From: Bacilli bacterium
GTDB taxonomy: Bacteria > Bacillota_I > Bacilli_A > ML615J-28 > CAG-698
Direction of reading: 5' to 3'
Assembly (NCBI GenBank): GCA_023228385.1
Contig: JALOBF010000002.1
Coordinates: 1-45,187, forward strand
DNA: 45,187 nt
Made by a program: the position numbers and the translations under genes. Of the stretch, positions 34,211-42,637 are shown one piece after another; position 1 is the first letter of the stretch, and each line of letters starts with the position of its first letter. The notes below the pieces were generated by a model. It searched no databases. It saw nothing but the letters and a program-made list of their open reading frames with translations, and was not told where the DNA came from.

Positions 34211-34576
34211 ATGAAAAAATGGTTAGTCCCAAATATTGTAGCTGTTTTAATTTTTATTTTTATTATTTTACTGTCGGTAAAAAAAAATTTGCCTTATCAG
34301 GGCGGTATGTTTGTTGATGCTTTTATGATTACTGGATTTTTTCTCTGGATGGGAGCAGGCATAATTTATATTGATCAAGAAGGGGTTTTTAATATAATAA
34401 GTTATGGAGTAAAAAAATTGTTTAGGGTTTTTAAAAAAGATAAATCTGATGATTTTCCAGAAACATATTTTGAATATAACGAATTAAGGGGAACGAGAAA
34501 ACCAATAAAAATATACCCCTTCCTTATTGTGGGAACAATATATTTTCTAGTCGGACTATTGATATATTTAATCTAA
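34211..34576 (+). CDS. Small membrane protein (possibly DUF3899-like)
   Basis: 121 aa. GGAGG SD. Two N-terminal TM spans, a basic linker (KKLFRVFKKDKSDD) and one C-terminal TM. The DUF3899 assignment is from memory only. Confidence 0.45.
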   Translation: MKKWLVPNIVAVLIFIFIILLSVKKNLPYQGGMFVDAFMITGFFLWMGAGIIYIDQEGVFNIISYGVKKLFRVFKKDKSDDFPETYFEYNELRGTRKPIKIYPFLIVGTIYFLVGLLIYLI

Positions 34577-34589
34577 CGGAAATAAAATT

Positions 34590-34627
34590 AAGTGTATTTT
34601 TTATCGTTGTAGAAAATACACTTTTTT
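34590..34627 (+). terminator. Rho-independent terminator ending the opp-plus-membrane-gene unit
   Basis: 11-bp stem AAGTGTATTTT (34590-34600) / AAAATACACTT (34613-34623) followed by a T-run to 34627. Confidence 0.75.
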
Positions 34628-34869
34628 ATTTCAACAGTTCCATTGAATAGTTTAAAATTCCCTTGACACGTCATAATTTACTAATACCTGATAAAAGTAT
34701 ATTGGACGGTGAAAACCGCAGGAGCGCTAAAATAAGACCCTAAAAACGTTATAAAAGGGCAATATCACGGCGCAATTTTTATGTTTATTACTGAATAATT
34801 AATATATAGCCCTATATGAAATTATCATAATGTAATGAGATAAAATTTTAAAAAAATCGGGACAATATA

Positions 34870-34898
34870 TTTACTTTTTTATTAAAAAATGCTAAAAT
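34870..34898 (+). promoter_or_regulatory. Sigma-A promoter (extended -10) of spx
   Basis: TTTACT (34870-34875), 17 nt, TGcTAAAAT (34890-34898). Confidence 0.45.
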
Positions 34899-34924
34899 AT
34901 GATAACGAAAGGGATTGATGAAAG

Positions 34925-35365
34925 ATGATCAAATTATATACTTCGCCTAGTTGTTCTTCATGCCGCAAAGTAAAAAAATATTTTGAAAAATATAATATTG
35001 AATATGAAGAAAAAAATATATTTACAACCCCTATTTCTAAAGAAGATATTTTCAAAATGCTGGTAAGAAGTGAAAATGGTTTTGAAGATATTATTTCTAC
35101 AAGATCAAAAATATTTAAAGAAATGGGTATAAGTTTATATAATATGTCAACTCATAATTTAATAGAATTTATAGTCAATAATCCCAGTGTGTTAAAAAGG
35201 CCGATTATTGTTACCGATGCCGAAATCCAGGTTGGATATAATGATGATGATATTGAATTGTTTTTACCTCAGGAAATCAGAGAAATGGATTGCGGTTATT
35301 GTTTTAAGCCGCACAGCCCCGGTGAAGAATGTGATTATGTTAAAAACATAAAATTTACAAAATAA
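34925..35365 (+). CDS. spx: Spx-family (ArsC-fold) global redox regulator with an extended C-terminus
   Basis: MIKLYTSPSCSSCRKVKKYF with the N-terminal CxxC, and KRPIIV..IQVGYNDDDIELFLP as in Spx. 146 aa versus about 131 in B. subtilis as I recall. Conserved position after opp. Confidence 0.88.
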   Translation: MIKLYTSPSCSSCRKVKKYFEKYNIEYEEKNIFTTPISKEDIFKMLVRSENGFEDIISTRSKIFKEMGISLYNMSTHNLIEFIVNNPSVLKRPIIVTDAEIQVGYNDDDIELFLPQEIREMDCGYCFKPHSPGEECDYVKNIKFTK

Positions 35366-35393
35366 AAATGGACTCGTAACAGAGTCCGTTTTT
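35366..35393. terminator. Bidirectional terminator (spx / CYTH gene)
   Basis: GGACTC (35370-35375) / GAGTCC (35382-35387), then GTTTTT. A-run on the opposite side. The CYTH-gene stop (35392-35394) abuts it. Confidence 0.6.
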
Positions 35394-35955
35394 AATTAAA
35401 TCTCTTATATGCTTTAAAAGCTCTTTTGATTTTTTTTTCGGTTTTTTTGTATTGTAACTCGAATTCCCCGATTAACTGTACAAACTCTCTTAAATTGTAT
35501 GAACTGGTTTCATAGACCAATTCGTAATCGGTTTGCTCAAGATAATGACTTTTATCAATAAAGAGTACACCGTTTTTATAGGGTAAAAACAATCTCAGTG
35601 TTGATAGACTAAGGAAATTTATTAACTTTTGGTCGCCAATCAAAGGAGTTAATTCAGTAGCGATTTCGCTTTCCGGCACAATTCCGGTTTTACAGATGTT
35701 TTCGAAAATTTCCCTAGTAATTGAAAACGGAAAATCTTGAAGATTATATCCTTTTTTCTTTTTTAGAATTAAAGTCAAAGTATCGCGTTCGATGACTCTA
35801 AGCGATGCATCATGAGCTTTTAAAGAAAATCTTTTGGTATCAAAATAGTGATTTGTTTGCATATCCATTCGGTTGCCTTTAAATTTTTCCATTAAACGAT
35901 TATATTCTTCTTCTGATAAGAGAGTTCTGAATTCTACTAAGTTTCCAAGATGCAT
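35392..35955 (-). CDS. CYTH-domain protein (YjbK-like triphosphate tunnel family)
   Basis: 187 aa. GGGAGG SD. LVEFRTLLSEEEYNRL aligns with the B. subtilis YjbK N-terminus (EIEFKNML..), but the ExExK motif is degenerate (L-V-E-F-R). Position beside relQ/nadK matches yjbK-yjbM-yjbN. Confidence 0.65.
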   Translation of the reverse strand: MHLGNLVEFRTLLSEEEYNRLMEKFKGNRMDMQTNHYFDTKRFSLKAHDASLRVIERDTLTLILKKKKGYNLQDFPFSITREIFENICKTGIVPESEIATELTPLIGDQKLINFLSLSTLRLFLPYKNGVLFIDKSHYLEQTDYELVYETSSYNLREFVQLIGEFELQYKKTEKKIKRAFKAYKRFN

Positions 35956-36130
35956 ATTGTCCTCCCAATTACTATTTTAGATATTATTTATTATTATACA
36001 TAATAATAATTAAATTGCAAGTATTCACGAAAAAAACCGAGTTTATTATATTATTGTCTATTTTTAAAATAAATACAAAAATAATAATGAAAATTGCTAA
36101 TCCATTTATTTGAAGAAAATAAACTATATA

Positions 36131-36159
36131 TTGAGAATTATTTAAAATACATGTATAAT
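36131..36159 (+). promoter_or_regulatory. Sigma-A promoter of relQ-nadK
   Basis: TTGAGA (36131-36136), 17 nt, TATAAT (36154-36159) preceded by TG. Confidence 0.5.
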
Positions 36160-36198
36160 ATATTTGGATAGGGTTTAAATAAACGGAAAGGTTGGGTT

Positions 36199-36876
36199 AT
36201 GATAAACGAAAATCGGTTTTGGAATTCTTTTCTTTTACCGTATGAATTGGCGGTTAGCGGCTTCATTATTAAACTCGAATCAATAAGAAAAGAGTTTTTG
36301 TTTAAGAAGATTAGCAATCCGATTGAAAGTATTTCAGGAAGAGTTAAAACGGTTAGCAGTATTTTGGAAAAAGCGGAAAGGTTGGGTATTGATTTTCATA
36401 ATATTTCCGAGGAAATTTATGATATCGCTGGAATACGTATTATTTGTAAGTATATTCAAGATGTTTATCATGTTTTTGAATTATTAAAAACAAGAAAAGA
36501 TATTGATATTTTTCTTATTAAGGATTATATCGAAAACTCTAAGCCAAGCGGCTATCGATCATTACATTTGATTGCAAAATATGGTGTCGAAACGGTTGAC
36601 GGTAGAGTACCGATTAATATTGAATTTCAGATTCGCACCTATGCAATGCATCTGTGGGCTTCAATAGAACATTCGCTTAAATACAAGTATTATCGCCAAA
36701 TACCCGATGAGATCAAGGAGCGATTGGTTGAAGCATCGAAAATTACAGTCCAACTTGATGAAGAAATGGCAAAAATTAAACAAGCAATTGCGGAAATATC
36801 TGTTGAAAAGGTTCGACCCGAAGAGTACGAATTGGAGAACATCGGATTGTTTTTAGATAATATTTATAAACGGTGA
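36199..36876 (+). CDS. relQ: Small alarmone synthetase (GTP pyrophosphokinase, YjbM/RelQ type)
   Basis: 225 aa single-domain RelA/SpoT synthetase. ISGRVKTVSSILEK, DIAGIRIICKY, KPSGYRSLHLI, EFQIRTYAMHLWASIEH. Confidence 0.9.
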   Translation: MINENRFWNSFLLPYELAVSGFIIKLESIRKEFLFKKISNPIESISGRVKTVSSILEKAERLGIDFHNISEEIYDIAGIRIICKYIQDVYHVFELLKTRKDIDIFLIKDYIENSKPSGYRSLHLIAKYGVETVDGRVPINIEFQIRTYAMHLWASIEHSLKYKYYRQIPDEIKERLVEASKITVQLDEEMAKIKQAIAEISVEKVRPEEYELENIGLFLDNIYKR

Positions 36877-36880
36877 TTAT

Positions 36881-37627
36881 ATGAAATATGCATGTTATGG
36901 TAAAACGACAAATATTATACTTCCTTTTGATTATGACGAAAATAATCCTGATATTGTTTTGTCGTTTGGTGGCGACGGTACAATGCTTGGGGCGATTCAT
37001 AAATATAAAAATCAATTAGAAAAAATAAAATTTGTCGGTATTAATACCGGTAAATTAGGGTTTTACACTGATTTTGTTATTGATGAGCTGAACGAAATTT
37101 TCTGCTTGTTAAAAGAGGAAGATTATGATATATTTAAACTTAATCTTATGGAGTATTGCTTAATCGGTACCGATAATTTTTTGAAAGGATACGCCGTAAA
37201 TGATTTGGCCCTGATTAATCCAATTAATACTCAGATAATGGATATATATATAAATGGCAAACATTTTGAAACCATAAGAGGGACCGGAGTTTTAATATCA
37301 CCTCCGGGCGGAAGCACGGCTTATAATAAGTCGCTGGGCGGCAGTATTATCGATCCTTTTATTAAAGCAATACAATTAACTGAAGTGGCACCCATCAATA
37401 ATCGGGTATATCGAAGTTTAGCTTCACCGATGGTTTTATCGGAAAAAACCGAAATAGAGTTGCGTCCGCATTCGGCACAAAATCTATATTTGACTGTTGA
37501 CGGTGAGTATTTACATTTTGATAACTTGAAAGCAATTAAAGCCGATCTATCTGATAAAACTGTCAGCTTTATTGTTAAAAGAGATACTGATTTTTTTGAC
37601 CGGGTAAAAAGAGCATTTATAGAATAA
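36881..37627 (+). CDS. nadK: NAD kinase
   Basis: 248 aa. GGDGTML, AVNDLAL, GGSTAYNKSLGG. 4 nt after relQ. Confidence 0.92.
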   Translation: MKYACYGKTTNIILPFDYDENNPDIVLSFGGDGTMLGAIHKYKNQLEKIKFVGINTGKLGFYTDFVIDELNEIFCLLKEEDYDIFKLNLMEYCLIGTDNFLKGYAVNDLALINPINTQIMDIYINGKHFETIRGTGVLISPPGGSTAYNKSLGGSIIDPFIKAIQLTEVAPINNRVYRSLASPMVLSEKTEIELRPHSAQNLYLTVDGEYLHFDNLKAIKADLSDKTVSFIVKRDTDFFDRVKRAFIE

Positions 37628-37659
37628 AAATAGGGATACTAATAATCCCTATTTTTTTT
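37627..37659. terminator. Bidirectional terminator (nadK / clpP)
   Basis: AAAATAGGGA (37627-37636) / TCCCTATTTT (37646-37655) plus a T-run. The clpP stop codon (37649-37651) lies inside the 3' arm. Confidence 0.7.
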
Positions 37660-38242
37660 GCGGTTCTTTTTCTAAGATAGAATCGATAATTCCATATGAT
37701 AAGGCTTCTTCTGCAAACATATAATTATCACGATCAGTATCAATATTAATTTGTTCAATTGTTTTACCTGTATATTCCGCTAGACTTCGATTGATTCTTT
37801 CGCGTGTTCTTAAAATATGTTTGGCCGCTATTTGGATTTCTGTAGCTTGGCCTTGCGCACCTCCCAGCGGTTGATGAATCAATATTTCACTATTCGGAAG
37901 GGCATATCTTTTACCTTTGGTGCCACTTGCAAGTATAAAAGCGGCCATTGATGCCGCTAATCCAATGCATATAGTAGAGACATTGGGAGCGATTAATTTC
38001 ATTGTATCGTGTATGGCCATACCCGCGGTTACCGATCCGCCAGGAGAGTTGATATAAAGGAAAATCTCTTTCTCACTATCTTCAGCGGCTAAAAATAAAA
38101 GTTGAGCAACGATGCTATTGGCTAAGGGGTCTTGAATTTCACCGCAAAGCATAATTATCCTATCTTTTAATAATCTAGAATAAATATCATAAGAACGTTC
38201 ACCAAATGATGTCCGTTCTATTACTATGGGGGTATAATACAT
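37649..38242 (-). CDS. clpP: ATP-dependent Clp protease proteolytic subunit
   Basis: 197 aa. [26 protein letters not shown], catalytic-Ser region [16 protein letters not shown]. Confidence 0.97.
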   Translation of the reverse strand: MYYTPIVIERTSFGERSYDIYSRLLKDRIIMLCGEIQDPLANSIVAQLLFLAAEDSEKEIFLYINSPGGSVTAGMAIHDTMKLIAPNVSTICIGLAASMAAFILASGTKGKRYALPNSEILIHQPLGGAQGQATEIQIAAKHILRTRERINRSLAEYTGKTIEQINIDTDRDNYMFAEEALSYGIIDSILEKEPQKK

Positions 38243-38266
38243 GTTTTTATTCTCCTTTTTAAAATT

Positions 38267-38295
38267 ATTTTACACTAATTATATATTAAAGTCAA
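38267..38295 (-). promoter_or_regulatory. Sigma-A promoter of clpP
   Basis: Minus strand: TTGACT (complement of 38290-38295), 17 nt, TAAAAT (complement of 38267-38272). Confidence 0.5.
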
Positions 38296-38395
38296 ATCAT
38301 AATTTAAGTTTATTTATCTATATATTTTTAAATATACAAATGCACATGCCAAAAAGGCATAGATTCGTATAATATAGATAGAAGGAGGGAAAAAT

Positions 38396-38776
38396 ATGAA
38401 TTGTTTCGTTAGACCGCCGATTGTCTTTAGAACTACAAGCGATATTCATCGGACTTTTTGTGAAGAACAACCAATAATATGCGAACATGTAAATCGCATA
38501 TTTAATCATCATATTAGACGGAATCGTTTTATTCCCAGACAGTCATGCTGCGAGTTTCATGATTGCTGTGTAGAAAACATCGGCTGCTGCCCGAATATGC
38601 CTTTTGCTGGAACTCAGCCTTTTTTCGGTGAACCACAGTTTGCTGATATGGCGGGAATGCCCGGACCGCAGGTAGGTCCACAGTTCACTGGGATGGAAGG
38701 AATGCCTGAGCCGCAGGCAGGGACACCAGCATTTGATTTTCAACAAGGCCAATTTAGAAGAAGCCGCCGGGTTTAG
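38396..38776 (+). CDS. CotD-like Cys-rich putative spore-coat protein with a tandem repeat tail
   Basis: 126 aa. GGAGGG SD. The N-terminus MNCFVRPPIVFRTTSDIHRTFCEEQPIICEHVNRIFNHHIRRNRFIPRQS resembles the CotD-family pattern (from memory). Followed by CCEFHDCCVENIGCC and two 15-aa repeats. Confidence 0.5.
   Translation: MNCFVRPPIVFRTTSDIHRTFCEEQPIICEHVNRIFNHHIRRNRFIPRQSCCEFHDCCVENIGCCPNMPFAGTQPFFGEPQFADMAGMPGPQVGPQFTGMEGMPEPQAGTPAFDFQQGQFRRSRRV
38633..38722 (+). repeat. 2 x 45-nt in-frame tandem repeat inside the CotD-like gene
   Basis: 38633-38677 encodes PQFADMAGMPGPQVG. 38678-38722 encodes PQFTGMEGMPEPQAG. Confidence 0.85.
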
Positions 38777-38786
38777 TTATTATAAC

Positions 38787-38812
38787 AAAATAGCTCCGCA
38801 AGGGGCTATTTT
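38787..38812 (+). terminator. Terminator after the CotD-like gene
   Basis: AAAATAGCTCC (38787-38797), GCAA tetraloop, GGGGCTATTTT (38802-38812). One G-U pair. Short T-tract. Confidence 0.55.
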
Positions 38813-38892
38813 GTATCAAATTTTAAGTCAAACGCGAAATAAGTATAAATGATAAATATATATAGTTTTAATTATTTTCTTTTAAGAAATAC

Positions 38893-38921
38893 TTGATTAA
38901 AGGCATAATAGGTGATATAAT
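38893..38921 (+). promoter_or_regulatory. Sigma-A promoter of the pheST T-box leader
   Basis: TTGATT (38893-38898), 17 nt, TATAAT (38916-38921) with TG at 38913-38914. Confidence 0.55.
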
Positions 38922-38924
38922 AAA

Positions 38925-39155
38925 AATAATTAAAGCGATGATAAAGACGGAGTAGTGGTGCTCTTTTTGCTTCAGGGAATTAGGACCTTGACTGAAAGTC
39001 CTATGCAAAAATCATCATGAAATTCAGCTTTGGAGTGGTTCTAATCAAACCCGCAGATTTGCGTTATCAAAACAAAGAGCAACAAATGATGTTTGTTGAA
39101 ATAAGGTGGTACCGCGGATATTTCGTCCTTAATTATAAATTAAGGATTTTTTTTA
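38925..39155 (+). promoter_or_regulatory. T-box riboswitch leader, Phe specifier (UUC)
   Basis: Conserved T-box sequence AATAAGGTGGTACCGCGG (39100-39117). Stem I elements AGTA (38951-38954) and specifier-loop GAAATTCAG with UUC at 39023-39025 followed by A. Terminator TCCTTAATT (39126-39134) / AATTAAGGA (39138-39146) plus a run of nine T (39147-39155). Directly upstream of pheS. Confidence 0.88.
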
Positions 39156-39173
39156 TTATATAAGGAGGTTATT

Positions 39174-40196
39174 ATGGATAATCAAATATTAAGATTAAAA
39201 CAAGAAATAGAAAAAGCTTTAGCTAATGTAAAAAATGCCAATCAGCTTAATGAAACTAAAGCTAAGTATTTAGGTAAAAAAAGCCCATTACAGGAAATGA
39301 TGAAATTGATGCCGAAGTTAAGCGTTGAAGAAAAGAAAAAAATGGGCAAGCAATTAAATGATTTTAAACAACATGCTGAAGTATTGATAATCGATAAATT
39401 AGCGGAACTAAACGAAGCTAAAGTGCAAAGCCAACTGGCAAGAGAAGGTATTGATGTAACCCTTCCCGGGAAAAAGTTATCTTTAGGCCATCGTCATTTA
39501 CTTGACCAAGTCCGGGAGGAGCTTGAAGATATTTGTCTTGGTTTGGGTTATCAGATTGCCGAGGGTCCAGAAATCGAACTTGATCTGTATAATTTTGAAA
39601 TGTTAAATACGCCGAAAGGGCATCCGGCCCGGGATATGCAAGATTCATTTTATATTGATGCAAATCATCTGCTACGAACTCACACTTCCCCGGTACAGGT
39701 TAGAACGCTTCTTAAGGCTAAAGGGGAACCGGTTAAAATTGTATGTCCCGGTAAAGTATACCGTCGCGACAATGATGATGCTACTCATTCGCATCAGTTT
39801 ATGCAATTGGAAGGATTGGTTGTAGATAGAAATATTACAATGGCCGATCTGAAAGGAACATTAAAACTTTTAATGCAAAAACTCTTAGGCGATCGACTGG
39901 AAATAAGATTCCGACCGGATTTTTTCCCTTTTACCGAACCCAGTGTTGAAGTTGATGTTTCTTGTTTTAAGTGTCTCGGTCAAGGCTGCTCTTTATGTAA
40001 AAATAGCGGATGGATTGAAATTTTAGGGGCAGGTATGGTCCATCCTAACGTATTAAGAATGACCGGATATGATCCTAAGATATATCAAGGGTTTGCCTTT
40101 GGTATGGGAATTGAAAGAGTGGTTATGCTTCGTCACGGCATTGATGATATCAGATTATTATATGCCAATGATCCACGTTTTTTGGAGCAATTTTAG
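39174..40196 (+). CDS. pheS: Phenylalanyl-tRNA synthetase alpha subunit
   Basis: 340 aa. Class II motifs ([38 protein letters not shown]). Confidence 0.97.
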   Translation: MDNQILRLKQEIEKALANVKNANQLNETKAKYLGKKSPLQEMMKLMPKLSVEEKKKMGKQLNDFKQHAEVLIIDKLAELNEAKVQSQLAREGIDVTLPGKKLSLGHRHLLDQVREELEDICLGLGYQIAEGPEIELDLYNFEMLNTPKGHPARDMQDSFYIDANHLLRTHTSPVQVRTLLKAKGEPVKIVCPGKVYRRDNDDATHSHQFMQLEGLVVDRNITMADLKGTLKLLMQKLLGDRLEIRFRPDFFPFTEPSVEVDVSCFKCLGQGCSLCKNSGWIEILGAGMVHPNVLRMTGYDPKIYQGFAFGMGIERVVMLRHGIDDIRLLYANDPRFLEQF

Positions 40197-40205
40197 GAGG
40201 ATAAA

Positions 40206-42596
40206 ATGAAAGTAAAATTAGAATGGTTAAATGAACTGGTAGATATTTCTGATTTATGTGAAGAAGAAATTATAAAAGTTTTATCGCTTTATTCGATAGA
40301 AGTAGAAAGTAGTTTTAAAGTATTAAACGGTACTAATTTGGTTATTGGCTACGTTCTATCAGCTGAACGGATGAAGGATTCTAATCATTTATCAATATGT
40401 CAAGTTGATATCGGTTGTGAAACCTTGCCGATTGTTTGTGGCGCCCCTAATGTTAAATCGGGGCAATATGTTATTGTTGCAAAAGTCGGAGCTGAATTGC
40501 CGGGAGGTTTTAAAATAAAAAGAACTAAAATCAGGGGGATGGAATCAAAAGGAATGATATGTTCGCTAGAAGAATTGGGTTTAGAAAAAAAATATATTCC
40601 AGAAGAATATCAAAATGGTATTTATTATTTTAAAGAAGAAGTTAAGATTGGCTCAGATCCCTTAAAGGCTCTTAATTTTGCAGATACAATAATTGAACTT
40701 GGAGTGACGCCTAATCGCGGCGACCTACTTAGTATGCTTGGCGTAGCGATTGAAATCAGTGCCGTCTATAACCGTCCGCTTAAAATGCCCCGATATAACT
40801 TAACATATTCTCCTGAAGAATGTAGGAACTATGTTACTGTGACTAATGAATCTGCCGACTGTATCGGCTATTATGCTCAAATATTTAAAAATATAGAGAT
40901 AAAACCCTCACCTTGGTGGCTCGTTTCTCGCCTTATTGCTTTTGGTGTACGTCCGATCAATAATGTTGTTGATATAACCAATTATATATTAGCTTTATTC
41001 GGGCAACCATTACATGCTTTTGATTATTGTAAATTAGGCAAACAAATAACGATTAGAAAAGCAAAAGCGAAAGAATTATTTGTTACCTTAGACGGTGTAC
41101 AGCGTGAATTAGTCGCCGCTGATTTACTTATTACTGATGGTAATAAAGCGGTTGCCTTGGCCGGTGTTATGGGAGGACTTAATACGGAAATAGATAACAC
41201 CACTAATACAATTGTTTTGGAAGCAGCAGTGTTTAAACCGGAAACGGTTAGTAAAACATCGCGCCGGCTGGATTTAATAAGTGACTCATCAATAAGATTT
41301 GAAAAAGGCGTTGATATTAATCGAACTAAAATCGCTTTGGATTATGCTGCTTATTTACTTCAGACACTTGCGGGTGCTGAAGTATTAAACAATCCGGTTT
41401 TTGTCGGGGTTGATAAAATATCACCGGTTAAAATTCCGATTAACGCTGCGGATGTAAATAATTTACTCGGCTCGACAATTACTGAGAATGAAATTAAAGA
41501 AATTTGCCATCGCTTAAAATTTACAATAGATGAAAACAATATTGTTTCGGTGCCAAATCGCCGCCCCGATGTCAAAATAAAAGAGGATTTAATCGAAGAG
41601 ATTGGCCGATTATCCGGTTATGATAAGTTACCGTCAACATTGCCGATTACTCCTTCAATCGGGTATCTTAACGATAAGCAAATAATAAGAAGAAAAATTA
41701 AAGATATTTTAGTTGGTTTAGGTCTTAATCAACTCATAACATATTCGCTTACAAGTGAAGATAATAATAATTTATTCTCATTGCTTGTCCCCGAAAAAAG
41801 CAAAGCAATTGAATTACTAAATCCTACTTCTTCCGCCCGTAATTATCTCAGAACTTCCCTGCTGCCGGGCTTGGTTGAAAACGCTAAGTACTGTTATTCG
41901 CATAAAATTAAAGATTTAGCGGTTTTCGAACTTGGTAAAATATATTATCAAAGCAATAAGTATTGTGAATATGAGCATCTTGCATTATTGATGACAAAAC
42001 AATATTCAGAGATACTTTGGCAAGGAAAAGAGGAAACTGTTGATTTTTATCTGATTAAAGGAATTTGTGATAGTTTATTTTATCAACTCCGATTGAATAT
42101 TGACTACTTACCCTTAGATATAGCAAATAAAGAATTACATCCGAAACGAAGCGCTGTGCTTTATTCTGATGGTAAAATGATCGGTTTTATCGGTGCTTTG
42201 CATCCACAATTTGCTTCGGCTTATAATTTGGATGAGGTTTATGTTGCTGAAATAAACTTAACGGCTATTCTCGAACGGAAAATCGAACCGATAAAATATC
42301 AATCATTTAGTAAATTCCCTTTAGTTGAACGCGATATTGCTGTAATCGTTAATCGCAATGTTTCAGCCGGGGCTTTAGTTGACACCATTAAACAAACCGG
42401 AAATAAGAATTTAAGTAAAATCAAAATTTTTGATGTCTATACCGGTGATCAAATCAGTGCTGCGGAAAAATCAATAGCGATAAAATTGTTTTTTTCTGCT
42501 AATCATGTTCTTACCGATGAAGATATTAATCAAATGGTGGGAAAGATTGTGAAAAAACTTGCTGATAATCATCAAGCAAAATTAAGAGAAGAATAA
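40206..42596 (+). CDS. pheT: Phenylalanyl-tRNA synthetase beta subunit
   Basis: 796 aa. N-terminal tRNA-binding (OB) domain, B3/4, B5 and C-terminal FDX-ACB layout. Follows pheS. Confidence 0.97.
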   Translation: MKVKLEWLNELVDISDLCEEEIIKVLSLYSIEVESSFKVLNGTNLVIGYVLSAERMKDSNHLSICQVDIGCETLPIVCGAPNVKSGQYVIVAKVGAELPGGFKIKRTKIRGMESKGMICSLEELGLEKKYIPEEYQNGIYYFKEEVKIGSDPLKALNFADTIIELGVTPNRGDLLSMLGVAIEISAVYNRPLKMPRYNLTYSPEECRNYVTVTNESADCIGYYAQIFKNIEIKPSPWWLVSRLIAFGVRPINNVVDITNYILALFGQPLHAFDYCKLGKQITIRKAKAKELFVTLDGVQRELVAADLLITDGNKAVALAGVMGGLNTEIDNTTNTIVLEAAVFKPETVSKTSRRLDLISDSSIRFEKGVDINRTKIALDYAAYLLQTLAGAEVLNNPVFVGVDKISPVKIPINAADVNNLLGSTITENEIKEICHRLKFTIDENNIVSVPNRRPDVKIKEDLIEEIGRLSGYDKLPSTLPITPSIGYLNDKQIIRRKIKDILVGLGLNQLITYSLTSEDNNNLFSLLVPEKSKAIELLNPTSSARNYLRTSLLPGLVENAKYCYSHKIKDLAVFELGKIYYQSNKYCEYEHLALLMTKQYSEILWQGKEETVDFYLIKGICDSLFYQLRLNIDYLPLDIANKELHPKRSAVLYSDGKMIGFIGALHPQFASAYNLDEVYVAEINLTAILERKIEPIKYQSFSKFPLVERDIAVIVNRNVSAGALVDTIKQTGNKNLSKIKIFDVYTGDQISAAEKSIAIKLFFSANHVLTDEDINQMVGKIVKKLADNHQAKLREE

Positions 42597-42602
42597 AAAT
42601 AA

Positions 42603-42637
42603 AAAACACTTCACTGTTGATTAGTTTGAAGTGTTTT
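42603..42637. terminator. Bidirectional terminator (pheT / ispH)
   Basis: AAAACACTTCA (42603-42613) / TGAAGTGTTTT (42627-42637). The ispH stop codon (42621-42623) sits in the loop. Confidence 0.65.

Noticed and set aside
38290-38296. AGTCAAA heptad overlapping the clpP -35, considered as a CtsR operator
   Set aside because: CtsR boxes are tandem heptads (A/GGTCAAA-NAN-A/GGTCAAA). Only one copy is present and the second position (TAATTTA) does not match.
38318-38752. Minus-strand ORFs 38318..38512 and 38543..38752 opposite the CotD-like gene
   Set aside because: The plus-strand ORF has a GGAGGG SD, a terminator and coat-protein-like features. The minus ORFs overlap the clpP promoter region or lack start signals.
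39019-39027. Alternative reading of the T-box specifier as AUU (Ile) in GAAAUUCAG
   Set aside because: UUC followed by the conserved purine (A), together with the downstream pheST operon, favours Phe. Only a structural alignment to the T-box covariance model would settle the register.
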